Shown here one piece after another: positions 46,923 through 56,478 of a stretch of 64,000 bases of DNA. The stretch's first letter is position 1; the number at the start of each line of letters is the position of its first letter. The position numbers and the translations under genes were made by a program. This stretch comes from a virus. The notes below the pieces were generated by a model, which worked only from the letters and a program-made list of their open reading frames with translations, ran no database searches and was not told the origin of the DNA. The DNA lies in the IMG/VR virus record IMGVR_UViG_2585428088_000002, positions 395-64,394 of that record; one strand, written 5' to 3'.

Positions 46923-48668
46923 ATGTCTTTTCAAACGCCGCTTACCATATGTGAAGTTATAAACGATGTTCATTCAAAGAAATACTTGCTGCCGTCCATT
47001 CAAAGAGAGTTTGTGTGGGGTCCAGAGCAAATAACAATGCTTTTCGATAGCTTAATGAGAAATTATCCAATAAATTCATTCTTATTCTGGAAAGTACCAA
47101 AAGAGAAAGCGTCAGAATTCAAGTTCTATGAATTTTTACGTGATTATCATCAAAAGGATAACAAGCATAATCCTAAAGCAAACATTAGCGGAAGCGATGA
47201 TGTAATGGCCGTACTTGATGGGCAACAGCGATTAACGTCTTTGTACATAGCGCTTAAGGGAACATATGCCAACAAGATCGCATATAAAAAATGGGACAAC
47301 CCTTTGGCTTACCCGAAAAAAAAATTATATATCAATCTACTGGGAGCGCCTGAGGATATTTCCTACAAGTATGAGTTCGAGTTTTTAACTGAATCAGAGG
47401 CTACCGAGCAGGATGACGACCACCACTGGTTTCCGGTTGGAAAGATACTGGACTTAAAAGAGCTATCGGATGTAATGGATTATCTTATAACATCCGGATT
47501 AGCAGCCAATCCCGACAAGGAAAAAGCGCAGTGTGCCAATAGAACATTATCAAAGCTGCACGCTGTCATACATGTGAATAGGATTATTAGCTACTATCTT
47601 GAGCAAAGCGCAGAACTTGATAAGGTGCTTAATATCTTTATTCGTGTAAACAGTGGCGGCACAACGCTAAGTTATTCTGATTTGCTTTTATCTTTTGCAA
47701 CTGCCCAATGGGAAACAAGAGATGCCCGTGAAGAGATCAACGAATTTATTGATGAAATAAATCAAATCGGCAGAGGTTTCAATATTAGCAAAGATATTGT
47801 GCTAAAAGCCTGTCTGGTACTTTGCGATATTTCGGATATTTCATTTAAGGTTGATAATTTTAACCGCACTAATATGCTCTTGATTGAAAAAGAGTGGGAT
47901 AACATAACAAAGGCTATCCGTGATGCAGTTACCCTTATCAGTAGTTTTGGGTTTAGCAGAGAAAATATAACATCTAACAACCTGATGATTCCTGTGGCAT
48001 ATTATCTTAAAACTATTGGTTTACCTAATAATTTTGAAACCTCGACATCAAGAATAGGGGATAGAAAAAATATTAAGCTGTGGTTTGTATCTGCTTTATT
48101 GAAGAGGGTATTTAGTTTTGCTCCAGATGGCGTGTTGAAACCTGTTAGAGAAATCATTAAAACTCAATCAGCGAATGGATTTCCAGTTGATGCTATTTTT
48201 GCCCAGTTCAAAGGTACAAATCGTGCATTGCAGTTTACAGATGATGATATCAATAATCTTCTTTATTCCAAATATGGGCATGGCGATACATTAGTTATTC
48301 TTTCAATCCTGTATCCTTGGGCCGATTTAAAGCATAATTTTAATGTTGATCATATGTTCCCTAAGAGTGAATTTACAGCTAAGAAATTGAAAGCAAAAGG
48401 TGTACCAGATAGCAAAGTTGATGATTTTATTGCAAATCACAATTATATTGGAAACCTCCAGCTACTTGAGACAATACCTAACATTGAGAAGAAGGCAATG
48501 GATTTTGATGCCTGGTTAAGCCAAAAGGTTCCTGCTGGTGAACTTCCAGATTATAAGAAAAAGCACTATGTTCCCAATGTAACTCTTGATTTTAGCAGCT
48601 TTGACGTATTTCTTGAAGAACGTGAAAAACTTCTTATTAAAAAATTGGAAACCGAGTTGCGCAACTGA
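46923..48668 (+). CDS. GmrSD-family (DUF262 + DUF1524 HNH) modification-dependent restriction protein
   Basis: LPSIQREFVW, LDGQQRLTS, IFIRVNSGG, VDHMFP, IGNLQLL...N. Confidence 0.88.
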   Translation: MSFQTPLTICEVINDVHSKKYLLPSIQREFVWGPEQITMLFDSLMRNYPINSFLFWKVPKEKASEFKFYEFLRDYHQKDNKHNPKANISGSDDVMAVLDGQQRLTSLYIALKGTYANKIAYKKWDNPLAYPKKKLYINLLGAPEDISYKYEFEFLTESEATEQDDDHHWFPVGKILDLKELSDVMDYLITSGLAANPDKEKAQCANRTLSKLHAVIHVNRIISYYLEQSAELDKVLNIFIRVNSGGTTLSYSDLLLSFATAQWETRDAREEINEFIDEINQIGRGFNISKDIVLKACLVLCDISDISFKVDNFNRTNMLLIEKEWDNITKAIRDAVTLISSFGFSRENITSNNLMIPVAYYLKTIGLPNNFETSTSRIGDRKNIKLWFVSALLKRVFSFAPDGVLKPVREIIKTQSANGFPVDAIFAQFKGTNRALQFTDDDINNLLYSKYGHGDTLVILSILYPWADLKHNFNVDHMFPKSEFTAKKLKAKGVPDSKVDDFIANHNYIGNLQLLETIPNIEKKAMDFDAWLSQKVPAGELPDYKKKHYVPNVTLDFSSFDVFLEEREKLLIKKLETELRN

Positions 48669-48780
48669 TAGGGGACAAGTAATAAGGATGATCTTGCAGA
48701 AGTTGGGAAAATCGGATAAAAACATACGAAAAGTTAATATCCTCAGGTGAAAGAATACTTATGTATAGGCGGTGAAATGT

Positions 48781-49083
48781 ATGACAATTATTGAGAAAGT
48801 AAGAGATACTTTTGCCGATTGCGAGTTAGGCGCTATTTATGTTACAAGTGAAATTATTGCTATGGTAAAAGCAAAACATGGAGTAAATGAAGGCAGTATT
48901 ATTCCAAGTGATTATTGTTATAATCTTACCAATAAAGGTAAATTGGCAGATGCTTCCTTAGAGAAATTTAAGATACTTGAATGGCTAGCTAGAGGTAAGT
49001 ACAAATATTTAGGGGAAAACTATCCGTATACAGGAGTTGTCATCAGTAATCCTCGCAAGAACCCTATAAAGCAGGTATTATAA
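48781..49083 (+). CDS. Hypothetical protein (DUF7225-like)
   Basis: SIIPSDYCYN..NKG and Y.YLGENYPYTG motifs. Confidence 0.55.
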   Translation: MTIIEKVRDTFADCELGAIYVTSEIIAMVKAKHGVNEGSIIPSDYCYNLTNKGKLADASLEKFKILEWLARGKYKYLGENYPYTGVVISNPRKNPIKQVL

Positions 49084-49198
49084 TGAGTGATAAACCGAAA
49101 AAATGAATTTTGTTTTAAGGAATAAACTTGTGTAGCAAAAAAACATGTTAACCAAGAAAAATTGAACGAAAGATAATTATATGCGTGGAGGTGCTGGA

Positions 49199-49459
49199 AT
49201 GGCACAAAGTGTTGTAGTTAAAAAAGATGAAAAGGTAAGTAGTATTTTTGATTTACTTGGTGTTGATTGTACCTGTGATGATTTTACCAAAAAATTCAAA
49301 GAAGAATATCCAAAAGACTGGAATAGAATCAATAAAGTCTATCAAGACCATGAAAGACGAGACACTAAAGGCAAAGGACATCCTATGCCAGAGCCAAACA
49401 AGTACATGGAGAATATGTATAAGGGGGGAAAAGAAAAATACAAAAAACTTACCGATTAA
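49199..49459 (+). CDS. Hypothetical protein
   Basis: GGAGG RBS then ATG; 86 aa, Lys-rich. Confidence 0.55.
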   Translation: MAQSVVVKKDEKVSSIFDLLGVDCTCDDFTKKFKEEYPKDWNRINKVYQDHERRDTKGKGHPMPEPNKYMENMYKGGKEKYKKLTD

Positions 49460-49553
49460 AAATTTATTGTCGCACAGTGTGAATTTATACTTGAATCTTT
49501 CTGCTTTTAGAGCATTACTAATTGATAACTACAAAATCAAGGAGTGATGCATA

Positions 49554-50033
49554 ATGGCAATTAACGAGCAAACAAAAAGTGAAATCAGAGCACTTCGCTT
49601 ACAGGGTTATGGCTACCGAAAAATTGCTGGTGAAATAGGAATTTCGAGAGATTTAGTCAGAAATTATTGCAAGACAAACGCGCTGGATGGATTAGGCAGT
49701 AGTCTTATAAATGTTCCCAGATGTGCTAATTGTGGTAAGGCAATTGAGGTTAAACCAACAGGCCGACGCCGTAAATATTGTTCTGATAAATGCAGACATC
49801 AATGGCAAGAGGCGACCCCTCTCATGCATGAGCATAGTTGTACATATTGTGGTAAAAAATTCACCAGCCCGGCCAAAGTAGCCAAGTATTGCTGCCATAA
49901 GTGCTTTGAGAGAGATCGGTTTTGGCGAAAAGAAGATGTGCAAATGGTGATGGAATACATTGAAAAGGAAGAACCCGTTCCTAATGCACCCGGATGGATT
50001 AAGAAGCTAATCAATGGTATTTTGGATGAGTAA
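49554..50033 (+). CDS. HTH + C4 zinc-finger protein (paralog of 19454-19936)
   Basis: GYRKIAGEIGISRDLVRNYC; CANCG..GRRRKYCSDKCR; CTYCG..KYCC..C. Confidence 0.75.
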   Translation: MAINEQTKSEIRALRLQGYGYRKIAGEIGISRDLVRNYCKTNALDGLGSSLINVPRCANCGKAIEVKPTGRRRKYCSDKCRHQWQEATPLMHEHSCTYCGKKFTSPAKVAKYCCHKCFERDRFWRKEDVQMVMEYIEKEEPVPNAPGWIKKLINGILDE

Positions 50034-50178
50034 TAAACTTCTTTTCCACCCCTTTTGCAGAAGAGTACTCCCCATTTGACGGGGGTGAGTTGCAGTAAAA
50101 TCCACCTTTGGTGGGGTAGCATTTTTGGATATACTCATTCGCAAAATATGTTCTGCGAAAATTTATAAGGAAAATGTG

Positions 50179-50220
50179 ATGACGCACGTTGAGTGTGTTG
50201 CGTTGATAGAGCGCGAATAG
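50179..50220 (+). other. Putative att junction: orphan 3' tail of rlmD/rumA-type methyltransferase gene
   Basis: ACG CAC GTT GAG TGT GTT GCG TTG ATA GAG CGC GAA TAG = THVECVALIERE*, matching the conserved T-x-HVE-x-V-x-L C-terminus of TrmA/RlmD enzymes; no upstream body of that gene. Confidence 0.7.
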
Positions 50221-50532
50221 CCTGATTTCAAAGAGTTTGCGGGCCTTGTGGTAATTTAATACGTGTGTATTATGTTCGCCTAGACGTTTTATTCTGGGCG
50301 ATTTTTTGTTTAGGGGGGTATCGTCTTTTACACGATATTACACTTTTTCGCAAAATTGTTGGAGGATTTTATATAACCGGTATGGAAGATTATAGGAAAA
50401 AACATCTGATTAATAAATGATACTTAGAATATGGCAGTGTAGATGATAGATTTACTAAGTTCTTGAGATATTTAGTCAATATCGAGCGTTTTTTGCAAAG
50501 TCGCCTGTAAACCTATGAAATGGGGTTAAAAA

Positions 50533-51507
50533 GTGAAATATAATTTTTATGATTTGGCAAAAGATACTTTGAATACTGTAAAACAGCCACTTTCTATCAA
50601 TGATATTTGGGCAAAATCTGTGGAGTTGGGTTTTGCAGCCAAAATCAGTATTACAGGAAAGACTCCCTGGAAAACGTTGGGGGCAAGAATATATACGGAC
50701 ATAAAACAAAATTCTGATACAGAGTTTATTCAGGTCAGTAAAAGACCCGCGAAATTTTATTTAAAAGATTTGTTCTTAACTAACAGTTATACAAAGGAGA
50801 ATAGTAAAGTAGAATTAAGTTCAAAGCCCTCATTTCATGAGAGGGATTTACACATTTTATTATCTACTTTCGTTTTGTCAAATCCTCATTTTAACTGCTA
50901 CACAAAAACAATATATCATGAAAAATCTAAAAAGAATGTCAAGGGTTCAAATAAATGGTTACATCCTGACTTAGTTGGTATATATTTTCCTTTTGAAGAA
51001 TTTCAAAATAATACCTTAAAATTACTTGAAGTACTTAAAGAAAATCCATATAAGTTGTTCTCATTTGAAGTGAAAGTTGAAATTGATTTTAGTAATCTGC
51101 GTGAATATTATTTCCAAGCAGTCTCAAATTCTAGTTGGGCCCATGAAGGATATTTGGTAGCGCTAAGTATTAATGATGATCCTGCTTTGATTGATGAAAT
51201 ACGTAGGCTAAACAATGCTTTTGGTATTGGTATCATAAAACTAGACCTATTAAACATTGAACAAAGCGAAATTCTTTTTTCTGCTAAAACTAAGGAGTTT
51301 TTGGATTGGGAAACGATTGACCGCTTAACTGAGGAAAACAAAGATTTTAAGCAGTTTATTGATGATTTAATGGAAGATATCAAACTTGGAAAAGTTAAAA
51401 GTACGTATGACAAGACTCTAAATGCAGATGAATATGCGTTATACATTGATGCTAAAGGAATGAGCGCGAACCTGACTATCCCGGTAAGGGGAGTGGCCAA
51501 TCGTTAA
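50533..51507 (+). CDS. HARE-HTH + COG2958 (HrgA-like) PD-(D/E)xK nuclease
   Basis: GKTPWKTLGARIY; WLHPDLVG, FSFEVK, REYYFQAVSNSSWAHEGYLVA. Confidence 0.85.
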   Translation: MKYNFYDLAKDTLNTVKQPLSINDIWAKSVELGFAAKISITGKTPWKTLGARIYTDIKQNSDTEFIQVSKRPAKFYLKDLFLTNSYTKENSKVELSSKPSFHERDLHILLSTFVLSNPHFNCYTKTIYHEKSKKNVKGSNKWLHPDLVGIYFPFEEFQNNTLKLLEVLKENPYKLFSFEVKVEIDFSNLREYYFQAVSNSSWAHEGYLVALSINDDPALIDEIRRLNNAFGIGIIKLDLLNIEQSEILFSAKTKEFLDWETIDRLTEENKDFKQFIDDLMEDIKLGKVKSTYDKTLNADEYALYIDAKGMSANLTIPVRGVANR

Positions 51508-51909
51508 CTGGACAAGCTTCTTCAAGCAGTTTATGTAGGCAATTACTATGGCTAGAGAAAATTTTCAGGCGTACTAAAGTGATGAATTATATGAGCATAG
51601 TAGGTAATTCATATAAAATGTTGTTACGTTTCTGTTACGTAACTGAATAATAATTTTGATTTTGTATTTGTGGTTATATTCGCCTCGACTTCGGTCTGGG
51701 GCGACTTTTGTTCTTATGGGGACTTTTTGTATTAAAATGCGTGAATTGAAAAGCTATCATATTATCTTATGTTTATTAATGGCAAATCATATTTAATAAT
51801 GTTTAATGGATTTTATTCATAGTTTTTTTATTACTATTTTTATTTATGTATTGTATAATAAGTAGTTGAAATTATCATCATTACCAGTCTAATGGTCGAG
51901 GTGAAGAAA

Positions 51910-52088
51910 ATGAATGAAAAATGGTCAAGCCTTGAAGAATAGCTAAGTACTTAGGTGTAACTAAGGATACAATTCGTAACTGGATTAAAAAGACTGACAT
52001 TCCAGCTCATAAAATCGGGCGGCAATGGAAATTTAAAATTTCAGAAGTGGATGAGTGGATTAAAAGCGGAAAGAGTGCATTAATTTAA
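51910..52088 (+). pseudogene. Excisionase-type HTH (HTH_17) regulator with 1-bp frameshift
   Basis: MNEKWSSLEE* then, in the adjacent frame, AKYLGVTKDTIRNWIKKTDIPAHKIGRQWKFKISEVDEWIKSGKSALI*; one extra A near 51939 would restore EEIAKYLG. Confidence 0.8.
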
Positions 52089-52173
52089 AGCTTTCTCCGT
52101 AAACAAATGCTTTTTGTTATTAGATCAGTAGTAGGCGTTTTTTTATAAGTTTGTTGCTTGGAGGCTATGGCGG

Positions 52174-53805
52174 ATGATTCCCACTAAGAAATATGGTGTA
52201 GTTTATACCCCGAATAGATTAGCGGATTTTGTGGCTTCTTTAATTAGAAAAGAAGCAGATAAAGATAATTATCAAATACATACTGTTCTGGACCCGGCTT
52301 GTGGTGAAGGGGCTTTGTTGGAAGCAATGAAACGGACTGGAAAAAGAAATGAAAAGTATTATGGAATCGATATCGATAAAAAGGTTATTTCTAATCTGTC
52401 CGTACAAAACGATAATAGTTTTGAGTTCATTTGTAAAGATGCAATACTTCCTCCAAAAATCAAAGGACAAGCTGCAGTATATTGGCGAAAAAAGTTTCCT
52501 AATATATCTGCAATTATTGCAAATCCTCCTTGGAGTTCAGAAAAAATATATGATAGGCAACAATTGTCGGCTGCAGGATTTAAAATGAATGCGGGGCAAT
52601 ATGATAGTTATGTGTTGTTTTTAGAGTTGGCATATGAGATTTGTGACGAAGGCGGATACTTTGGTTTCATTATTCCAGACTCGCTTTTTGAGAGCCAAAA
52701 CGAAAACTTACGACGTTTCCTAGCGGAAAAGACTCAAATTAGGGTTATTGCTAGATTAGGTGAAAAAATTTTTGAAGAAGTTAATAGAGCGACGACAGTA
52801 ATTATATGTAAAAAAGCAATTCCAGCGGAAGATGATGTAACAATGTGCTTCCGTCTTAATACAGACCAGAGAAAACAGTTTCTTACCTCTGATATTTATC
52901 TCGAAACCTTCTATGACAAAGAAAAGCATCCAGTCAAGCAGGCTCGTTTCATTTCTAATGATAGTTGTAGTTTTGACGTGGATACTCGATCAAATGAAGA
53001 GGACCTACTTGCAAAAATCAGATCGGATTGTATAGATTGGGAAGAGACGTTTATCTTTGGGCGTGGGGTTGAGATATCTAAAAAAGGTGGTATCGCTAGA
53101 TGCCCTATGTGCGGACATGCACAAGGCTATACAAAGGCACAGTTTGCGGCTGGAAATAAAAAGTGTGTCTACTGTAATGAAGATCTTCCTTTGAATGATG
53201 CCACATTAAAGAGCATTGTCCAGGAGACTCCTTTTGATGGTTGCGAACGAATTCTAGTTGGCGAGCATGTTAAGCGCTATCGGATAATTGGAGAAAGCTT
53301 TATTGAGTTAAATATTCCTGGAATCAACTATAAGAATGAGAACTTATATATTCCCCCAAAACTATTAATTAGAAAGACTGGTTTGGGTATTTACTCTTGC
53401 GTGGATTATAGTGGTGGTTTAACAAGTCAAACAGTGTACATTATCAGATACAAACAGGAAAGTGACGCACCACCACTTGAGTATTATTTAGCTTTGCTTA
53501 ATTCACGGGTTGTGTATTATTACTATCTCAAGGTGTATGGGGAAAATGAGTGGAAATCTCACCCTTATTTCACTAAGAAAATTATTTTCTCGCTGCCATT
53601 AAAAGCCTATACCGGGGACGAGCTTGATAAAGAAATTATAGGTTTAGCAAAAGCACTTTCAAAAAAATATTCATATGAAACGGATTTAGAATTGGAAGGG
53701 CTTGTCATGAGGCGTTATAATATTAACCCTGCCGAACATGACATGATCGCTGAAGAAATGAGGCGCTTGCCTGACTTAAGTGCAGTTAATGGCATGAAAT
53801 TTTAA
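52174..53805 (+). CDS. Gamma-class N6-adenine DNA methyltransferase with TaqI-C-like TRD and CxxC...CxxC insert
   Basis: VLDPACGEGA, IIANPPW, FIIPDS, LALLNSR; CPMC...CVYC. Confidence 0.85.
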   Translation: MIPTKKYGVVYTPNRLADFVASLIRKEADKDNYQIHTVLDPACGEGALLEAMKRTGKRNEKYYGIDIDKKVISNLSVQNDNSFEFICKDAILPPKIKGQAAVYWRKKFPNISAIIANPPWSSEKIYDRQQLSAAGFKMNAGQYDSYVLFLELAYEICDEGGYFGFIIPDSLFESQNENLRRFLAEKTQIRVIARLGEKIFEEVNRATTVIICKKAIPAEDDVTMCFRLNTDQRKQFLTSDIYLETFYDKEKHPVKQARFISNDSCSFDVDTRSNEEDLLAKIRSDCIDWEETFIFGRGVEISKKGGIARCPMCGHAQGYTKAQFAAGNKKCVYCNEDLPLNDATLKSIVQETPFDGCERILVGEHVKRYRIIGESFIELNIPGINYKNENLYIPPKLLIRKTGLGIYSCVDYSGGLTSQTVYIIRYKQESDAPPLEYYLALLNSRVVYYYYLKVYGENEWKSHPYFTKKIIFSLPLKAYTGDELDKEIIGLAKALSKKYSYETDLELEGLVMRRYNINPAEHDMIAEEMRRLPDLSAVNGMKF

Positions 53806-53815
53806 GGAGACAACG

Positions 53816-54859
53816 ATGTATAGATATATAGGAAATAAAGCAAAATTATTGCCATTTATCATGGATAAAACTAGGGAATTAATTGGTTGCACTGGGGTTG
53901 TTGCTGATATTATGGCTGGAACCGGATCAGTATCATTAGAGTTCAGAAGGCAAGGCTATTCTGTAATAGCCTCAGATATTATGACTTATTCTTATCACCA
54001 TTTAGTAGTAAACTTACTTCTTAATGAATCCCCTGCTTTTGCAGGACTTCGCCATATTCCCTTTAACAATACAACTCCATATGAAGCGGTTATAGATTAC
54101 CTGAATGCCTTGGAAGCAAAAAAAGGCTTTTTCTTTAATGAATTTGCGCCTGATGGTAAGCCTGAAAGCAGTTGTGATCCACGCAAATACTTTACGTCTG
54201 AAAATGCAGCTAAAATCGATTGCATTAGAGAACAAATTAATAGTTGGATTGATTTGAACCAGATTACGAATACCGAAGCTTCGTTGTTAAAACATACGCT
54301 CATTATGGCTGTAAATAGAGTTGCAAATATTTCTGGCACATATGGATACTTTCTATCTGACTTCAAGAAGAATGCTTTGGAATCAATTATTCTTACACCT
54401 ATCCAATTTGATGAGACAGAGAATGTTAACCATACAGTTTTCCAAGGTTTTGCAGAAGATTTGGCTGAGAATATTACTGCAGATTTATGCTATATTGATC
54501 CACCCTATATGAAAAGACAATATGCTGCCAATTATCACATATTAGAAACTATTGCAAAAGGTGACTTTCCGGATGCAATTGGAAAGAGTGGCTTACGTGA
54601 TTGGTGGGATCAACATTCAAAATTTTGTACAAAAACAAGAGGTATTGATTCTTTTGAGAGCGTTATTAGCAAGATGAATTGTGATAAATTCATCATTAGT
54701 TATAGTGAAGATGGTCTATTCTCTTTACAACAGCTTATGGAGTGCTTTGCAAAGTATGGTAGTGTTGATGTCCAGCACATAGATTATAACCGTTTTCGTA
54801 GCAATAACAGCCCATTACCTAAGAAGTTAAAGGAATACATTATAACAATACAAAAATAG
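53816..54859 (+). CDS. Alpha-class (Dam/FokI-like) adenine DNA methyltransferase
   Basis: YIGNK..LL, DIMAGTGSVS, YIDPPY..RQY..NYH.LETI. Confidence 0.88.
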   Translation: MYRYIGNKAKLLPFIMDKTRELIGCTGVVADIMAGTGSVSLEFRRQGYSVIASDIMTYSYHHLVVNLLLNESPAFAGLRHIPFNNTTPYEAVIDYLNALEAKKGFFFNEFAPDGKPESSCDPRKYFTSENAAKIDCIREQINSWIDLNQITNTEASLLKHTLIMAVNRVANISGTYGYFLSDFKKNALESIILTPIQFDETENVNHTVFQGFAEDLAENITADLCYIDPPYMKRQYAANYHILETIAKGDFPDAIGKSGLRDWWDQHSKFCTKTRGIDSFESVISKMNCDKFIISYSEDGLFSLQQLMECFAKYGSVDVQHIDYNRFRSNNSPLPKKLKEYIITIQK

Positions 54860-54870
54860 GAGGATGCGTC

Positions 54871-56457
54871 ATGGAGTGTATAGATCGGATTTTTTACCGA
54901 AAAATTAATCCATCAGATTTTAAGAAATTGTACGATATTGATAGACCCGCTACTGGTGGCGGGCAGACCTACCTCGAGGCTGCGGGAATAGACACCGAGG
55001 AGTTAGTTAGCTTCCTTTCGAGTGGTGAAATGTCGGACAGCCCCTTACCAAACGAGAATCGTCACATATATACAATTAATGCTTATGTATTGGGACAAGA
55101 CGGTGAGGCTACCAAATTAGAGTTTGCACCTAGAGGAGGCCGGAACAATTACCGTATTAGCCGTCAAACCAGCCGTCAAAAACATCCAGCTTGGAGAATT
55201 GATAATGGTTTCCCGGAGCCTAATAGAGGTGAAGGTGGCGAATATTTATCAGAGGCTAGTTTTGAGGGGATTATTGATAACCTGATTATAACAATCGTAA
55301 GGACAAATTATAATAAATATTATGCAAGTTTTATTACTGTAGATAGACTCCCCGATAGTTGGCCTCAAGGGATTGGCTTGGAAAGCATTTTTGAAGATGA
55401 ACGGCGTGGAGTGTTAAACATTGCTGCACATAGGATTCCCTTTATAAACCAAAAGGAAAACCCATTTGGAAGACCAGAAGTAACTATTAATAACAATCAA
55501 AATATTATTGCTGCGAGAGTTACCGGAGGGTGTAATACGCTTCTATATGGCGTTCCTGGGGCTGGTAAAAGTCATACTGTAAAAACAGAATATTGTAATA
55601 ATCCGTTAAAAATGGAACGTGTAGTTTTTCACCCGGATTATACCTATTCTGATTTCGTTGGACAGATACTGCCCAAAGTTCTTGGAGATCGTATAACATA
55701 TGAGTTTATTTCAGGACCTTTTACCAAATTATTGGAAAAAGCGTATAACAACCCTCGTACTGAATATTATCTCATTATTGAGGAAATAAACCGTGGAAAC
55801 GCCCCTGCAATTTTTGGTGAGGTTTTTCAACTTTTAGATAGAGACGAGAATGGAAATAGTGAATATGGTATTTCTAATTCCGATGTGGCAAAAATTGTCT
55901 ATGACGATGAAACGCACCTTGTTTCCTTGCCGTCCAACCTCAACATCCTTGCTACAATGAATACATCGGACCAAAACGTATTTACGTTGGATACGGCATT
56001 CCAACGCCGTTGGCGTATGCGGATGATTGAGAATAATGTCACTCGTGCAGAACACGCTGATACAAAGATTCTTGATACGGATATCACATGGAAAGTATTT
56101 AATCATATTATTAATTCGCAAATTTTAGAAAATAATGTAGCTATATCTTCTGCTGAGGATAAGCGTCTGGGCGCATACTTCGTTGGTCCGGCGGATCTAG
56201 TGTTCAATCCCGATGAGGATGACATGGAAAAGGATGCGTCGTTGCGTAAGAAGGCCGCTACAGACAACAGCCGTTTTCCGGAAAAAGTACTCAAATATCT
56301 TTGGGACGATGCATTTAAGTTTTCTCGCCCTTCAATTTTTGTTGATCAGTACCGTAGCCTTGAGGAAATCGTCAAGAAATTTAATGGTAGCCGAGGGCAG
56401 GAACGTTATGCTATCTTTAAGCCAGAGATTTTTTCCCAGGTAAATAACCGTTCTTAG
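54871..56457 (+). CDS. McrB-like AAA+ NTPase (LlaJI R1-like)
   Basis: GVPGAGKS, FHPDY.YSDFVG, IIEEINRGN, TMNTSD, DTAFQRRW. Confidence 0.9.
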   Translation: MECIDRIFYRKINPSDFKKLYDIDRPATGGGQTYLEAAGIDTEELVSFLSSGEMSDSPLPNENRHIYTINAYVLGQDGEATKLEFAPRGGRNNYRISRQTSRQKHPAWRIDNGFPEPNRGEGGEYLSEASFEGIIDNLIITIVRTNYNKYYASFITVDRLPDSWPQGIGLESIFEDERRGVLNIAAHRIPFINQKENPFGRPEVTINNNQNIIAARVTGGCNTLLYGVPGAGKSHTVKTEYCNNPLKMERVVFHPDYTYSDFVGQILPKVLGDRITYEFISGPFTKLLEKAYNNPRTEYYLIIEEINRGNAPAIFGEVFQLLDRDENGNSEYGISNSDVAKIVYDDETHLVSLPSNLNILATMNTSDQNVFTLDTAFQRRWRMRMIENNVTRAEHADTKILDTDITWKVFNHIINSQILENNVAISSAEDKRLGAYFVGPADLVFNPDEDDMEKDASLRKKAATDNSRFPEKVLKYLWDDAFKFSRPSIFVDQYRSLEEIVKKFNGSRGQERYAIFKPEIFSQVNNRS

Positions 56458-56478
56458 AATTAGTAAAGGAGAGCGTGT

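Larger units (their letters stand above)
1..50181 (+). mobile_element. Prophage element 1 (serine-recombinase siphovirus; left end outside window)
   Basis: Co-oriented replication, packaging, head, tail, lysis and recombinase modules; right boundary inferred from the rlmD/rumA 3'-tail remnant at 50182-50220. Confidence 0.88.

Noticed and set aside
50034-50178. tRNA or structured ncRNA at the element junction
   Set aside because: Only short imperfect palindromes (e.g. TTCGCA-N10-TGCGAA at 50138-50159) were found; no cloverleaf, T-loop or known RNA motif.
51462-51475. GAGCGCGAA-CCTGA resembling GAGCGCGAA-TAG-CCTGA at 50209-50225 (second att relic?)
   Set aside because: The match is short, lies inside a coding region and has no HVE codons upstream; it cannot be distinguished from chance.
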